50,701 bases of DNA from Chloroflexota bacterium. Its GTDB lineage: Bacteria; Chloroflexota; Anaerolineae; Anaerolineales; UBA11858. Shown in pieces: positions 18,337-28,443 of this stretch. Each line of letters opens with the position of its first letter. The stretch's first letter is position 1. The translations under genes were made by a program, and so were the position numbers. The notes under the pieces are model-generated. The model searched no databases. It saw only the letters and a program-made list of their open reading frames with translations, and was not told the origin of the DNA. The stretch is taken from assembly GCA_030609055.1 (NCBI GenBank), contig JAUWCZ010000002.1:1-50701 (forward strand), given 5' to 3'.

Positions 18337-19731
18337 ATGACTGTTCCAGATTGGGTTCAGGATGCGATTTTTTACCAGATTTTTCCCGATCGTTTTGCCA
18401 ACGGCGATCCCGGGAACGATCCCCCGAATGTTCAAGCCTGGGGATCCCAGCCCACAATCTGGGATTTTCAGGGAGGAGATTTGCGGGGTGTGATCCAGCG
18501 ATTTGATTATTTATTAGATCTGGGGATTAATGCGATCTATTTTAATCCGTTATTTCAATCGACTTCCAATCACCGCTATAACATCAGTGATTATTATAAA
18601 ATCGATCACAAATTAGGTGATGAAGATGATTTTTCAGCATTGTTGGATGTCGCTCATCAAAACAATGTCCGGGTGGTGATAGACGGTGTATTTAATCACT
18701 GCGGAAGAGGATTCTTTGCATTTAATGATGTCTTGGAGAATCACAGCTATTCTCCCTATATCGATTGGTTTCATCTAAACAATGTACCACCGGATGCATA
18801 TTCTCCTGGAGACGCGGATGATTATGCAGCCTGGTGGAAGTTTAAAAGCTTGCCCAAATTTAATACGGACAATCCCCTGGTTCAACGCTACATATTTGAT
18901 GTCGCCAGATACTGGATCCGGTTGGGGGTTGATGGATGGCGCCTGGATGTGCCCAATGAAATCGATGATGATGGATTCTGGTCAGAATTCAGACAGGTGG
19001 TTAAGTTGGAAAACCCGGACGCATATCTGGTAGGAGAAATCTGGGATGGAGATCCTGATTGGGTTGGCCCGAATAAATTTGATGGGTTGATGAACTACCC
19101 TGTCCGGGAAGCGATCATCGAGTTATTAACGGAAATCATCAAAGTGGATCAATTTGCTGAGAAGATCAATCTACAGTTAGATCAGTATGCCCGTGAAAAC
19201 TTGTTCGCAATGTACAATCCACTGGGTTCGCATGATACTGTTCGAATAAAAACGGAATTAGGGGGGAATCAAAATAAAGTAAAAATGGCTTTTTTGTTTC
19301 AAATGGCTTTTCCTGGAGCACCGGCAATATATTATGGAGATGAAATCGGATTGGAAGGCGAACAAGATCCGGACTGCAGGCGGGCATTTCCCTGGCAAGA
19401 GGATCAATGGGATCAGGATTTACTTACTTTCGTCCGCCAGTTAATCTCACAGCGTAAGCATTTATCCCCACTGAGGAGGGGTTCGTACGAAGAAGTTCTT
19501 GTTGATGGTAATACAGGTGGATATGGGTTTGCCAGGATTTTGGGGGATGAGAGCATCTTGATCTTCCTAAATGCCAGCAACACCCGGAGACATTTCCGTA
19601 TCCCGGTCAGTAAATTGGGCTGGTTAGATGGTCGGATTGTCCGCGATTTATTTCTCAATCAGGAATACATCGTTTCAGGATCAGATCTTGTCATTGAGGC
19701 AGAACCCTGGAGCGGGATGTGGATTTTCTAA
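18337..19731 (+). CDS. GH13 alpha-amylase-family glycosidase (neopullulanase/cyclomaltodextrinase-like, no N-domain)
   Basis: 464 aa with WVQDAIFYQIFPDRFANGD, DGVFNH, GWRLDVPNE (nucleophile), VGEIW (acid/base) and LGSHDT. Confidence 0.85.
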   Translation: MTVPDWVQDAIFYQIFPDRFANGDPGNDPPNVQAWGSQPTIWDFQGGDLRGVIQRFDYLLDLGINAIYFNPLFQSTSNHRYNISDYYKIDHKLGDEDDFSALLDVAHQNNVRVVIDGVFNHCGRGFFAFNDVLENHSYSPYIDWFHLNNVPPDAYSPGDADDYAAWWKFKSLPKFNTDNPLVQRYIFDVARYWIRLGVDGWRLDVPNEIDDDGFWSEFRQVVKLENPDAYLVGEIWDGDPDWVGPNKFDGLMNYPVREAIIELLTEIIKVDQFAEKINLQLDQYARENLFAMYNPLGSHDTVRIKTELGGNQNKVKMAFLFQMAFPGAPAIYYGDEIGLEGEQDPDCRRAFPWQEDQWDQDLLTFVRQLISQRKHLSPLRRGSYEEVLVDGNTGGYGFARILGDESILIFLNASNTRRHFRIPVSKLGWLDGRIVRDLFLNQEYIVSGSDLVIEAEPWSGMWIF

Positions 19732-19850
19732 TCCTTCCCCAGGATTGCTAGGTAATCAAACGATCCGGAAAAAATAATGGTAAAATACTACGCTTGGAGG
19801 AATGTCTTCCAAGCTGCAATCATGTAATTGATTTATGAAGTAGGAGGTTT

Positions 19851-22595
19851 ATGATGGCAGACCAGAAATGGGTCTATACATTCCAGGAAGTTGAAGAAGC
19901 AGAAAAACGCGTCGGTGGTGTTTGGGATGATGTCCGTGCGTTGCTGGGTGGAAAAGGTGCGAATCTGGCGGAGATGACCAGAATTGGTATCCCGGTTCCA
20001 CCTGGATTTACAGTCACAACTGAAGCCTGCAACGCCTATCTCGCCGGGGGTGAGAAATTCCCCGAGGGCATGTGGGAACAGGAACTAGCTGCGATGAAAA
20101 TCACCGAGGAAGCAACAGGGAAGAAATTCGGCGATGCAAAAAATCCACTCCTGGTATCCTGCCGGTCCGGTGCGGTGAAATCCATGCCCGGCATGATGGA
20201 TACGGTATTAAATATTGGATTAAACGATGAAACCGCTAAAGGAATGGTTGCCTTAACCGGAGATGAACGATTTGTCTATGATGCCTACAGGCGTTTAGTG
20301 CAGATGTTTGGATCTGTAGTGCTGGGCATTGAGGCCGAGGCTTTTGAAGATGTACTGGATGAGTACAAAGATAAGAAAGGTGTTGAAGAAGATACAGATC
20401 TAAAAGCAGATGATTGGAAAACAATAACTGCGGAATTCAAGAAGATTATCAAAAAAGAAAAAGGACTTGATTTCCCCCAGGATCCTTATGAGCAGCTGCG
20501 TTTAGCTACTGAAGCAGTTTTCGCCTCCTGGTTCGGCAAACGGGCAGTGGATTACCGCAATGCGGATGGAATTCCCCATGATCTGGGCACTGCAGTCAAT
20601 GTGATGACCATGGTTTTCGGAAATATGGAAGAAGCATCCGGAACCGGGGTGGCATTTACCAGAAATCCCGCAACGGGAGAAAATGTACTTTGGGGAGAAT
20701 ACCTGCTCAACGCCCAGGGTGAGGATGTGGTCGCGGGAATCCGTAACGCAGATGATATTGATGAACTGAATGATGTCATGCCTGATCTATACAAAGAGTT
20801 TCAGGGGATAACTTTAAAACTTGAACAACATTACAAGGAAATGCAGGATGTCGAGTTTACCATTGAACGAGGTAAACTGTGGATGCTGCAAACCCGGGAT
20901 GGAAAACGGACAGCTAAAGCAGCGGTCCAGATTGCTGTGGATATGGTTGATGAGAGGCTAATTTCAAAAGAAGAAGCTGTTCAACGGGTGGATCCGGATC
21001 AGGTGGATACCTTGCTTCATCCCCAGTTTGATATTGCAGAGAAAGAAAAAGCCGAAAAAGACGGCAAGATGATCGCCACCGGCGTGAATGCTTCTCCCGG
21101 CGCAGCGGTTGGGCGGATTTATTTTGATGCTGACACCGCGGAAGAAAAATCCAAACAGGAAGGACAGGATGTGATTATGGTTCGGCCTTTCACTAAACCG
21201 GATGATGTGCACGGGATGCTGGCTTCGAAAGGCATTCTCACCAGTGAGGGGGGTGCAACATCTCATGCGGCAGTTGTAGCCCGGCAGTTTGGAATTCCCT
21301 GTGTAGTGGGTGCTTCTGATATACAAATAAATATGAAAAAACGCCAGTTGGTAGCCAGTGGTTTGACCATTAAAGAAGGGGACTACCTCTCGGTTGATGG
21401 AACCACCGGCGAGGTTTTCCTGGGAGAAATCCCTACTGTTGCGCCTACCCTGGAAGAACAAACCGAGCTGATGGAGCTGCTCGATTGGGCGGATGAAATT
21501 TCTTCCATCAAGGATATCCGCAGTGCTCCTAAGGGTTGGCCAAGCCGAGGTTTGATGGTGTGGGCTAACGCGGATTACCCGGAGGATGCCAGGCGAGCTC
21601 GTTCTTATGGCGCACAGGGCATTGGTCTCTGCCGGACGGAGCATATGTTCTTTGAACCGGAAAGACTGCCTATTGTGCAGGATATGATCCTATCGGACAG
21701 CGTTGAAAAACGGCAGGTTGCCCTGGATAAACTGCTGCCATACCAGCGAAGCGATTTTGATGGACTGTTTGAAGCCATGACCGGATTGCCGGTAATCATC
21801 CGTTTGATAGATCCCCCCCTACACGAGTTTATGCCGGATGAGGGTGAACTTTTAGAAGAAGTGATTGCCAACCGGATCAATGAAACCGTTGATAAGGCGA
21901 AAGAAGACCTGTTGGTCAGCATTCAGAATCTGCATGAAAGCAATCCTATGATGGGATTGCGCGGTGTGCGTTTGAGTGTAGTTATGCCGGAAATTGTCAG
22001 TATGCAGGTGCGGGCTATTTTTGAGGCCGCCGCCGATGTTAAACTGCGGGGCTTTGAGCCCAAACCTGAGGTAATGATCCCCCTCACCGGGCATATTAAT
22101 GAGCTGCATTTTATCCAGCCTAAACTGGAGGAAATTGCCTCGAAAGTCATGAAAGAAAAAGGTGTGGAATTTGAGTACAAATTTGGCACCATGATCGAGA
22201 TCCCCCGGGCCGGGTTAACCGCGGATGAAATTGCTGAAACGGCAGAGTTCTTTTCTTTTGGAACCAATGATTTAACCCAATTCACTTTTGGTTACAGCCG
22301 GGATGACGCGGAACGGAATTTCCTGGTGAAATACGTTGAAGACGGCATTCTCCCCAATAATCCTTTCCAGACCATTGATATTCAAGGTGTGGGTCAATTG
22401 ATGGATTTGACCGTGAAAAAAGGCCGGGCAAGCCGAACTGATCTTGAAGTCGGGATCTGTGGCGAACACGGTGGCGATCCTGAATCCATCGATTGGTGTT
22501 ACAAGATTGGATTAAACTATGTCAGTTGTTCTCCCTTCCGAGTCCCGGTCGCCCGACTGGCTGCAGCCCAGTCGGCGCTGAATAACCGCCAATAG
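19851..22595 (+). CDS. ppdK: Pyruvate, phosphate dikinase
   Basis: 914 aa with LLGGKGANLAEM, the phospho-His motif GGATSHAAVVAR, and C-terminal CGEHGGDP. It follows an AGGAGG RBS. Confidence 0.95.
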   Translation: MMADQKWVYTFQEVEEAEKRVGGVWDDVRALLGGKGANLAEMTRIGIPVPPGFTVTTEACNAYLAGGEKFPEGMWEQELAAMKITEEATGKKFGDAKNPLLVSCRSGAVKSMPGMMDTVLNIGLNDETAKGMVALTGDERFVYDAYRRLVQMFGSVVLGIEAEAFEDVLDEYKDKKGVEEDTDLKADDWKTITAEFKKIIKKEKGLDFPQDPYEQLRLATEAVFASWFGKRAVDYRNADGIPHDLGTAVNVMTMVFGNMEEASGTGVAFTRNPATGENVLWGEYLLNAQGEDVVAGIRNADDIDELNDVMPDLYKEFQGITLKLEQHYKEMQDVEFTIERGKLWMLQTRDGKRTAKAAVQIAVDMVDERLISKEEAVQRVDPDQVDTLLHPQFDIAEKEKAEKDGKMIATGVNASPGAAVGRIYFDADTAEEKSKQEGQDVIMVRPFTKPDDVHGMLASKGILTSEGGATSHAAVVARQFGIPCVVGASDIQINMKKRQLVASGLTIKEGDYLSVDGTTGEVFLGEIPTVAPTLEEQTELMELLDWADEISSIKDIRSAPKGWPSRGLMVWANADYPEDARRARSYGAQGIGLCRTEHMFFEPERLPIVQDMILSDSVEKRQVALDKLLPYQRSDFDGLFEAMTGLPVIIRLIDPPLHEFMPDEGELLEEVIANRINETVDKAKEDLLVSIQNLHESNPMMGLRGVRLSVVMPEIVSMQVRAIFEAAADVKLRGFEPKPEVMIPLTGHINELHFIQPKLEEIASKVMKEKGVEFEYKFGTMIEIPRAGLTADEIAETAEFFSFGTNDLTQFTFGYSRDDAERNFLVKYVEDGILPNNPFQTIDIQGVGQLMDLTVKKGRASRTDLEVGICGEHGGDPESIDWCYKIGLNYVSCSPFRVPVARLAAAQSALNNRQ

Positions 22596-22614
22596 GATCT
22601 GGTTTTTAGTTAAG

Positions 22615-22647
22615 AAAAAGAGCAAAAGGAAACCTTTGCTCTTTTTT
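22615..22647 (+). terminator. Rho-independent terminator after ppdK
   Basis: AAAAAGAGCAAAAGG-AAA-CCTTTGCTCTTTTTT. Confidence 0.8.
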
Positions 22648-22654
22648 GTATCAT

Positions 22655-22687
22655 AAGTTCCCGGAGCTTTATAAGCTCCGGGAACTT
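22655..22687. repeat. CCCGGAG-core palindrome, copy 2
   Basis: AAGTTCCCGGAGCTT-TAT-AAGCTCCGGGAACTT, a 15-bp perfect stem. It shares the TCCCGGAGCTT core with the copy at 14052 and TCCCGGAG with the copy at 34910. Confidence 0.6.
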
Positions 22688-22792
22688 TATTTCCATTTCT
22701 ATTCTGGATTGGTTTCTAAAAATCATGATATTATTCAATAAGCCTGTTGAAATAATTTGTCGTATCAGCCTGAACAAAAAGGAGTGAATAAG

Positions 22793-23470
22793 ATGGATTT
22801 CGGAAAAGCATTTTCTTATGTCTTTGATGATGAGGATTGGATTAAAAAAATAGGCATTGGCGGCCTGCTTGCATTTACCATTATCGGATTAATACCTGTC
22901 CTTGGGTGGGGTTTCGAAATCACCAAACGTGTCATTCGTGGTGACGAGGAAACCTTACCAGATTGGAGTGATTTCGGAGGGTATATCACACGCGGTTTCC
23001 TCGTTTTTGTAATTGTCTTTGTTTTTATGCTGCCGATTTTTCTGGTCCAGGGCTGTGGGTCCATCCCCTATTTTTTTGATCCTGGAGATCAGGAAACCTT
23101 TACGACTGTAATGTGGTTTGTGACATCTTGTTTTGGATGTCTCAATTTTATCTATGGTATCGCTGCATATCTAGTTCTTCCAGCAGCGATTGGTAATTAT
23201 GCAGCCACTGACGAACTGGGTGCTGCATTTAAACTGGGTGAGATTTTCAAAATGGTGCGTGATAACATCGGAACCTATGCCCTGGTGCTGTTGGGAGGAA
23301 TTGTCGCCTATCTGATCTCTGGCCTAGGCGTTATTGCCTGTGGTATTGGTGTGTTCTTGACAATGGTTTACGCAATAGCAATTAATGGCCATTTATGGGG
23401 TCAGGCATATGTGGACAGTAAATCATTACCAACCGCAGATCCATCTGAACCCATTCCCGCTACCGACTAA
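22793..23470 (+). CDS. DUF4013-like polytopic membrane protein
   Basis: Start at ATG 22793 (MDFGKAFSYVFDDEDWIKKIGIGGLL), 8 nt after AAGGAG. That N-terminal motif and the multiple TM helices are typical of DUF4013. Confidence 0.55.
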   Translation: MDFGKAFSYVFDDEDWIKKIGIGGLLAFTIIGLIPVLGWGFEITKRVIRGDEETLPDWSDFGGYITRGFLVFVIVFVFMLPIFLVQGCGSIPYFFDPGDQETFTTVMWFVTSCFGCLNFIYGIAAYLVLPAAIGNYAATDELGAAFKLGEIFKMVRDNIGTYALVLLGGIVAYLISGLGVIACGIGVFLTMVYAIAINGHLWGQAYVDSKSLPTADPSEPIPATD

Positions 23471-23493
23471 ACAGATTTGCTCTTAATAAAATG

Positions 23494-23526
23494 AAAAAGC
23501 GGTGCATTAGAAATGCACCGCTTTTT
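23494..23526. terminator. Bidirectional terminator between convergent genes
   Basis: AAAAAGCGGTGCATT-AGAA-ATGCACCGCTTTTT. Confidence 0.8.
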
Positions 23527-23573
23527 AGATTATGAAGAAAGTTGTAATCCTCCCAGGATTACAACTCGACTTA

Positions 23574-24122
23574 TTATCCCGTCTTCTCTGCAAATGCAAA
23601 TCCTTTATCCAGGGCTTCAAAGTTCATGGGAAGGGTATTTTTATGGCGCTCCGGGATATGTTCTTCCAGGGCTTTTTTCACTGCATCCAAGGGAAGGATT
23701 GGTTTTAAGCGGGTCATAGCACCAACCATAATCATATTTACCAGGCGGGAGATCCCGATTTCCTCGGCAATTTGATTGGCAGGGATCAAGAGTGATGTGA
23801 TATCTTTCCGTTTGATTTCCCGGTTAAACAGAGATGAGTTTGCCACCAGTACACCCCCTTTGGGTACCAGATCCTCATACTTGTCCACCGAGGGAAGGTT
23901 GAGTGCTAATACGACATCCGGATTTCTAATCAGGGGGGAACCAATCGGCTCTTCGGAAATGATTACCGTGCAGTGCGCAGTGCCGCCGCGCATTTCTGGA
24001 CCGTAGGAGGGAATCCAGGTCACCTCCAGGCCATTGTCCATGGATGCGTATGCTAGAACCTGTCCGGCAAACAGAGTTCCTTGACCGCCAAACCCGGAAA
24101 TGATGATGCTGGTTTCATCCAT
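23574..24122 (-). CDS. 2-oxoacid:ferredoxin oxidoreductase, gamma subunit
   Basis: 182 aa with the GFGGQG motif. It is last in a delta-alpha-beta-gamma operon. Confidence 0.85.
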   Translation of the reverse strand: MDETSIIISGFGGQGTLFAGQVLAYASMDNGLEVTWIPSYGPEMRGGTAHCTVIISEEPIGSPLIRNPDVVLALNLPSVDKYEDLVPKGGVLVANSSLFNREIKRKDITSLLIPANQIAEEIGISRLVNMIMVGAMTRLKPILPLDAVKKALEEHIPERHKNTLPMNFEALDKGFAFAEKTG

Positions 24123-24135
24123 ACCAAAGAACTCC

Positions 24136-24909
24136 TTATACTTTCAACCCTTCCAGGGAAGGGGAGACTTTATAATCACCAAGAGGAAAAACCGGAATCA
24201 TTTTGTCAGCAATAAATTCCATTGAATCCCGCACGGAAATCTTCCAGTTGGTTGGACAGGAGGATAGCAGCTCAACCATTGAGAACCCCAACCCTCTTTC
24301 CTGAGCTTCAAATGCCAACCGGATCGCTTTTTTTGATTTGCGGATATTGGCTGCATTATGTAAACTGCGCCGGACGATATATCCGGATCCGTCCATGATT
24401 GCCAGAATTTCTGCCATGCGGATCGGATGTCCAGTCAATTCGACATCCCGGCCAAAAGGAGAGGAAGTGGTTTTCATCCCTGGCAGTGTAGTAGGTGCCA
24501 TCTGGCCGCCGGTCATGCCATAAATGGCGTTGTTAATAAATATTACCGTGATGTTCTCTCCCCGGGCGGCTGCGTGCATGATTTCTGCCATACCGATCGA
24601 GGCCAGGTCTCCATCTCCTTGATATGTAAAGACCGTATTTTCGGGGAGTACACGCTTAATTCCGGTTGCCATGGCAGGTGCTCGACCATGAGGCGCTTCG
24701 ACAAAATCCATTTTGAAGTATTTGTAGGCAAAAACGGAACATCCAACTGGAGCTACGCCAATGGTCTTTTCTCGCAAACCCATTTCATCAATTACTTCCG
24801 CAATCAGGCGGTGAGCTATCCCATGGGTGCATCCAGGACAGTAATGTGTATGGACGTCTGTAAAAGATTCCGGACGCTGATATACAACCTCTGCTGTTGT
24901 TGAAACCAT
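24136..24909 (-). CDS. 2-oxoacid:ferredoxin oxidoreductase, beta (TPP-binding) subunit
   Basis: 257 aa with YCPGCTHG and the TPP motif GDGD...[11 protein letters not shown]. Confidence 0.85.
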   Translation of the reverse strand: MVSTTAEVVYQRPESFTDVHTHYCPGCTHGIAHRLIAEVIDEMGLREKTIGVAPVGCSVFAYKYFKMDFVEAPHGRAPAMATGIKRVLPENTVFTYQGDGDLASIGMAEIMHAAARGENITVIFINNAIYGMTGGQMAPTTLPGMKTTSSPFGRDVELTGHPIRMAEILAIMDGSGYIVRRSLHNAANIRKSKKAIRLAFEAQERGLGFSMVELLSSCPTNWKISVRDSMEFIADKMIPVFPLGDYKVSPSLEGLKV

Positions 24910-26033
24910 TATTTCTCTCCTAAGATCCTACCTTCTAGACGGGGAATCCATTCATCGCGTGGGTCATCAGATCCAGGTCCCTTATTTGCAGCGACCCGTT
25001 TGATCTCATCCAAGATTTCATCCGGCAGAGGGGTCATGCCGCCCATCCTTCCATAAAACTCAACCGGAACCTGTCCCTTGACAATTTTCATCACATCGTC
25101 AAGCATCATCCCTGAATTCATTTCAACTACTAATATCCTTCTCACTTGTTTGGTTAATTCAATCAGTCGTTCTTGCGGGAAAGGTGCCAGGGTTATTGGT
25201 CGAAGCAAACCTGCCTTAATTCCTTCTTCGCGAGCTTCCCGGATCGCGGACGATGCCACCCGACCGGCTGTTCCAAAACCGATTACAAGAATTTCGGCAT
25301 CATCAAGCTGGTATTCCTGATAGAGGACCTCATTCTTTTCGATCTCTTTCCAGCGTTTCAGCAAACGCAGATTAGTCACCTCTTCATCTTCAGGAGCAAG
25401 GTAAATGGAGGTGAGGGTATTAGGTTCTCGACCCTTGGCTCCGGTGACGGCCCAATCCGGGACTTCCTTTGAGATTTCTTTCATCGGGGGCAGCTCCGCA
25501 GGTTCCATCATCTGGCCCATATTCCCATCTACAATTACGTGAACGATTGAGCGATATTTTTCAGCCAGGTCAAACGCCAATTCAATTGAGTCAATCGCTT
25601 CCTGAACCCTGGCTGGAGCAAGCACGATTGGGAAGTAATCTCCGTGCCCCCCACCTTTAATCATCTGGTAGTAATCACCCTGAGAAGGTGCGATATTCCC
25701 TAGACCGGGACCGCCTCTCATCACATTCACAACCACTGCCGGAACTTCCGTGCCAGCAATATAGGATATTCCTTCCATCATTAAACTGATACCGGGACTG
25801 GAGGAGGCAGTCATTGCCCGTTTCCCGGCACAGGCTGCTCCATAAACCATATTTATTGCGGATACTTCACTCTCTGCCTGAACAAAAGCCCTTCCCAGGG
25901 AAGGAAGCCGACTGGACATATATTCCAGGAATTCAGAAGATGGAGTAATTGGGTACCCATAAAAAGCTTCCACCCCTGCTCTGATAGCGGCTTCCGCAAA
26001 GGCGTGATTTCCCTTTAATAATTCTTTTGCCAC
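24909..26033 (-). CDS. 2-oxoacid:ferredoxin oxidoreductase, alpha subunit
   Basis: 374 aa with [16 protein letters not shown]...YPITPSSE and [11 protein letters not shown]. Its stop overlaps the beta-subunit start. Confidence 0.85.
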   Translation of the reverse strand: MAKELLKGNHAFAEAAIRAGVEAFYGYPITPSSEFLEYMSSRLPSLGRAFVQAESEVSAINMVYGAACAGKRAMTASSSPGISLMMEGISYIAGTEVPAVVVNVMRGGPGLGNIAPSQGDYYQMIKGGGHGDYFPIVLAPARVQEAIDSIELAFDLAEKYRSIVHVIVDGNMGQMMEPAELPPMKEISKEVPDWAVTGAKGREPNTLTSIYLAPEDEEVTNLRLLKRWKEIEKNEVLYQEYQLDDAEILVIGFGTAGRVASSAIREAREEGIKAGLLRPITLAPFPQERLIELTKQVRRILVVEMNSGMMLDDVMKIVKGQVPVEFYGRMGGMTPLPDEILDEIKRVAANKGPGSDDPRDEWIPRLEGRILGEK

Positions 26034-26038
26034 TGGAT

Positions 26039-26278
26039 CTACCTCCTGGCTTGCTTAACGGGTTTTTCTCGATAAACAGTGATAGCAGCATCTGGACATA
26101 CTATCGCGCAAATACCACATCCTGTACAGGTTTCCTCAATCATTTTTACCGGATGATAACCTTTGGGTGTGAGCCGGTCCATATCTAACTCTAGGACATC
26201 CTCTGGACAGGCTTCTATACATAGTTCGCACCCCTTGCAATAGAAATCATCGACTACAATCCATCCGGAAACTGGCAT
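26039..26278 (-). CDS. 2-oxoacid:ferredoxin oxidoreductase, delta subunit (2x[4Fe-4S] ferredoxin)
   Basis: Start chosen at ATG 26278 (MPVSGW) after AAAGGAG; the ORF is open to 26326. Two clusters are present: CKGCELCIEACP and CTGCGICAIVCP. Confidence 0.8.
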   Translation of the reverse strand: MPVSGWIVVDDFYCKGCELCIEACPEDVLELDMDRLTPKGYHPVKMIEETCTGCGICAIVCPDAAITVYREKPVKQARR

Positions 26279-26511
26279 TAAGTGTTCTCCTTTAATAGTG
26301 GGCAGATCAGTGAATCCAATAAACAATTCCAGTACAATTTATATCACAAACTTACTAACGGGATATAAGCCATTTCCCGGGTAGTCTACCGTATTATATT
26401 AGATCCGATACATCCGGGATAGTGACAACATGCAATAAAATTCCTAATAATAATCAGGAGATGATTATTTATGAGATTTTTTGTTTGCTTGAGACAGTAG
26501 GTGTGTTTTCA

Positions 26512-26539
26512 TTGACAGTCGTCTATCCTCTGGTATAAT
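26512..26539 (+). promoter_or_regulatory. Consensus extended -10 promoter for rplU-rpmA-rpmE
   Basis: TTGACA (26512-26517), 16-nt spacer, TGgTATAAT (26531-26539). It leaves a leader of about 125 nt before the rplU ATG. Confidence 0.7.
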
Positions 26540-26672
26540 GGCACGGCATTGAAGGGATAGGACCTTCTGCAGCTTATTGGCGTGGATTAATACCCCCCAA
26601 CTTCCCCGCGCTCCTGTGGGAAAGAACAAAAAACGCAGGAAGAACGGCGAAGTGAAGATTGGAGGAAAGCAA

Positions 26673-27014
26673 ATGAAGTATGCGATTGTTGTTAGCGGTG
26701 GAAAGCAGTACAAGGCAGTACCCGGAGAAACCATCCAGGTAGACCGGCTTCCAAACGAATTGGATGAAAAAGTCATCCTGGATGAGGTGTTGTTTATTGC
26801 TGACGGTATAAAAAAAATGACCATTGGTACTCCTCTCATTAAAGGAGCTCAGGTCAAGACTACTGTAACCGGACAAATTAAGGGACAAAAAATCCTGGTG
26901 TTTAAGTACAAACCCAAAGTCCGCTACAGAAGACGACAGGGACATCGTCAAAGATACACGCTGCTGCGTGTTGATAAGATCGTAAAGAAAGCAGGAGATA
27001 AAAATGGCTCATAA
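26673..27014 (+). CDS. rplU: 50S ribosomal protein L21
   Basis: Start at ATG 26673 ([14 protein letters not shown]) after GGAGG; the longer track ORF from 26577 is rejected. It has the conserved [15 protein letters not shown]. Confidence 0.9.
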   Translation: MKYAIVVSGGKQYKAVPGETIQVDRLPNELDEKVILDEVLFIADGIKKMTIGTPLIKGAQVKTTVTGQIKGQKILVFKYKPKVRYRRRQGHRQRYTLLRVDKIVKKAGDKNGS

Positions 27015-27261
27015 AACAGGCGGCGGTTCAACGCGCAACGGACGAGACAGCAATTCTAAACGATTGGGTGTCAAAAAATTTGGTGGTGAACAGGTAATAT
27101 CTGGAAACATCCTGGTTCGTCAACGTGGTACACGCATCCATCCCGGCGAAAATGTTGGCCGTGGAGGAGATGATACTCTGTTTGCTACTGCAGATGGGTT
27201 TGTATCTTACCAGACATATCGTGGTGGGAAGAAGCGGGTAAATGTGCTTCCCGTTAGATAA
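27004..27261 (+). CDS. rpmA: 50S ribosomal protein L27
   Basis: 85 aa: [34 protein letters not shown]. It overlaps the rplU end by 11 nt. Confidence 0.95.
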   Translation: MAHKTGGGSTRNGRDSNSKRLGVKKFGGEQVISGNILVRQRGTRIHPGENVGRGGDDTLFATADGFVSYQTYRGGKKRVNVLPVR

Positions 27262-27273
27262 TAAGGATTATAA

Positions 27274-27747
27274 ATGAAAGAAGATATTCACCCGACTTAT
27301 TACCCCGAGGCGACTGTGGTCTGCGCTTGCGGAAACACCTGGAAAACGGGATCTAGTCAGGAATCAATTCGGACAGATGTTTGCTCTGCCTGTCATCCGT
27401 TCTTTACGGGAGAACAGCGTATCGTGGATACAGAAGGACAGGTTGACCGGTTTTACAAGAAACTTAAAGGTCATGAAGAGATCCAGAAAGAGAAAGTGGC
27501 CCGGGAAACAAAGAAGGCTTCAGCAGATGTATCAGTCGAGGTTCTGGAACTGAGTACCCGCGTAACCAATGCTTTATTGGATGCAAAACTGGCAACCGTT
27601 GCAGATCTTCTGGCTTTATTGGAAGGTGGGGATCAATTCCTTTTGGATATTAAGGGTTTTGGACGGAAATCCCTGATAGACCTCAAGAAAGCCTTACGTG
27701 CTGCAGATTTTGAGATACCCAAAGCAGCAGAAGAGATCACAGTTTAA
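27274..27747 (+). CDS. rpmE: Ribosomal protein L31 (Cys-containing type) fused to an RNA polymerase alpha C-terminal-domain-like HhH domain
   Basis: Residues 1-65 ([32 protein letters not shown]) are a complete L31. Residues ~95-157 ([26 protein letters not shown]....[19 protein letters not shown]) follow the alpha-CTD pattern LxLSxRxxNxL...I.TvxDL....LL.IxNfGkKSLxEI. Confidence 0.8.
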   Translation: MKEDIHPTYYPEATVVCACGNTWKTGSSQESIRTDVCSACHPFFTGEQRIVDTEGQVDRFYKKLKGHEEIQKEKVARETKKASADVSVEVLELSTRVTNALLDAKLATVADLLALLEGGDQFLLDIKGFGRKSLIDLKKALRAADFEIPKAAEEITV

Positions 27748-27776
27748 AGGTAAAGAATCATTTCTTTTGATAAAAT

Positions 27777-27805
27777 ACAGGCAGATTTGCTCTGCCTGTT
27801 TTTTG
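27777..27805 (+). terminator. Rho-independent terminator after rpmE
   Basis: ACAGGCAGA-TTTGC-TCTGCCTGT-TTTTTG. Confidence 0.8.
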
Positions 27806-27854
27806 TTGGGTTGGTTTAATATCAACTATCTTGCAAATTTAAGTGAGGGAAACA

Positions 27855-28436
27855 ATGAAACATGATCATGGAAGACTGGAAGTAATCACCGGTCCAATGT
27901 TTTGTGGAAAGACTGATGAACTGCTGCGCAGATTACGGCGAGCAGTCATTGCCCAGCAAAAGATCCAGGTCTTTAAACCGGGATTTGACATCCGCTACAA
28001 CAATGAGAAAGTGACCTCTCACGCGGGCAATGAGTATGATGCTTTTCCCATTGATAGCACAACTGAGATTTCCGCTCACCTGCTTGGTGAAGTAACCCTT
28101 GTGGCTATTGATGAGGCGCAATTCTTTGATGAGGAAATTATTCCCGTTGTACAGGATTTGGTCGATCGTGGTCTCCGAGTGATTGTTGCTGGTTTGGATA
28201 TGGATTTCAGAGGAGTCCCCTTTGGTCAGATGCCAATGTTGTTAGCGCAGGCTGAAATCGTTGATAAGCTGCATGCTATCTGTATGGTTTGCGGAGAGCA
28301 AGCGACCAGAACTCAACGGCTGGTAGATGGTGAACCTGCCTATTTTGACGACCCGATTATCATTGTCGGCGCTTCTGAGATGTACGAAGCGCGCTGCAGG
28401 AATCACCATCAGGTACCGCGAAGAAAGAAGGATTAA
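27855..28436 (+). CDS. tdk: Thymidine kinase
   Basis: Start at ATG 27855 (MKHDHGRLEVITGPMFCGKT). It has IDEAQFF and the zinc motif CMVCG...ARC. Confidence 0.9.
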   Translation: MKHDHGRLEVITGPMFCGKTDELLRRLRRAVIAQQKIQVFKPGFDIRYNNEKVTSHAGNEYDAFPIDSTTEISAHLLGEVTLVAIDEAQFFDEEIIPVVQDLVDRGLRVIVAGLDMDFRGVPFGQMPMLLAQAEIVDKLHAICMVCGEQATRTQRLVDGEPAYFDDPIIIVGASEMYEARCRNHHQVPRRKKD

Positions 28437-28443
28437 ACTGACT

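Noticed and set aside
20964-21644. 226-aa minus-strand ORF and several others (20236-22469) inside ppdK
   Set aside because: These are antisense shadows of a 914-aa gene with clear PPDK motifs, and they have no RBS or recognisable domains.
24427-24903. 158-aa plus-strand ORF and other ORFs antisense to the oxidoreductase operon (24338-25660)
   Set aside because: They overlap well-supported alpha/beta subunit genes on the opposite strand, and their translations are Cys/Arg-rich nonsense.
26465-26951. Two minus-strand ORFs (124 and 125 aa) and the 5' extension of rplU from 26577
   Set aside because: They overlap the rplU promoter, leader and coding region. The true rplU start is fixed by the GGAGG RBS and the conserved MKYAIV N-terminus.
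28327-28443. Upstream extension of hpt overlapping tdk by 110 nt
   Set aside because: The extension is out of frame inside tdk and has no homology. The conserved Hpt N-terminus starts at ATG 28444.
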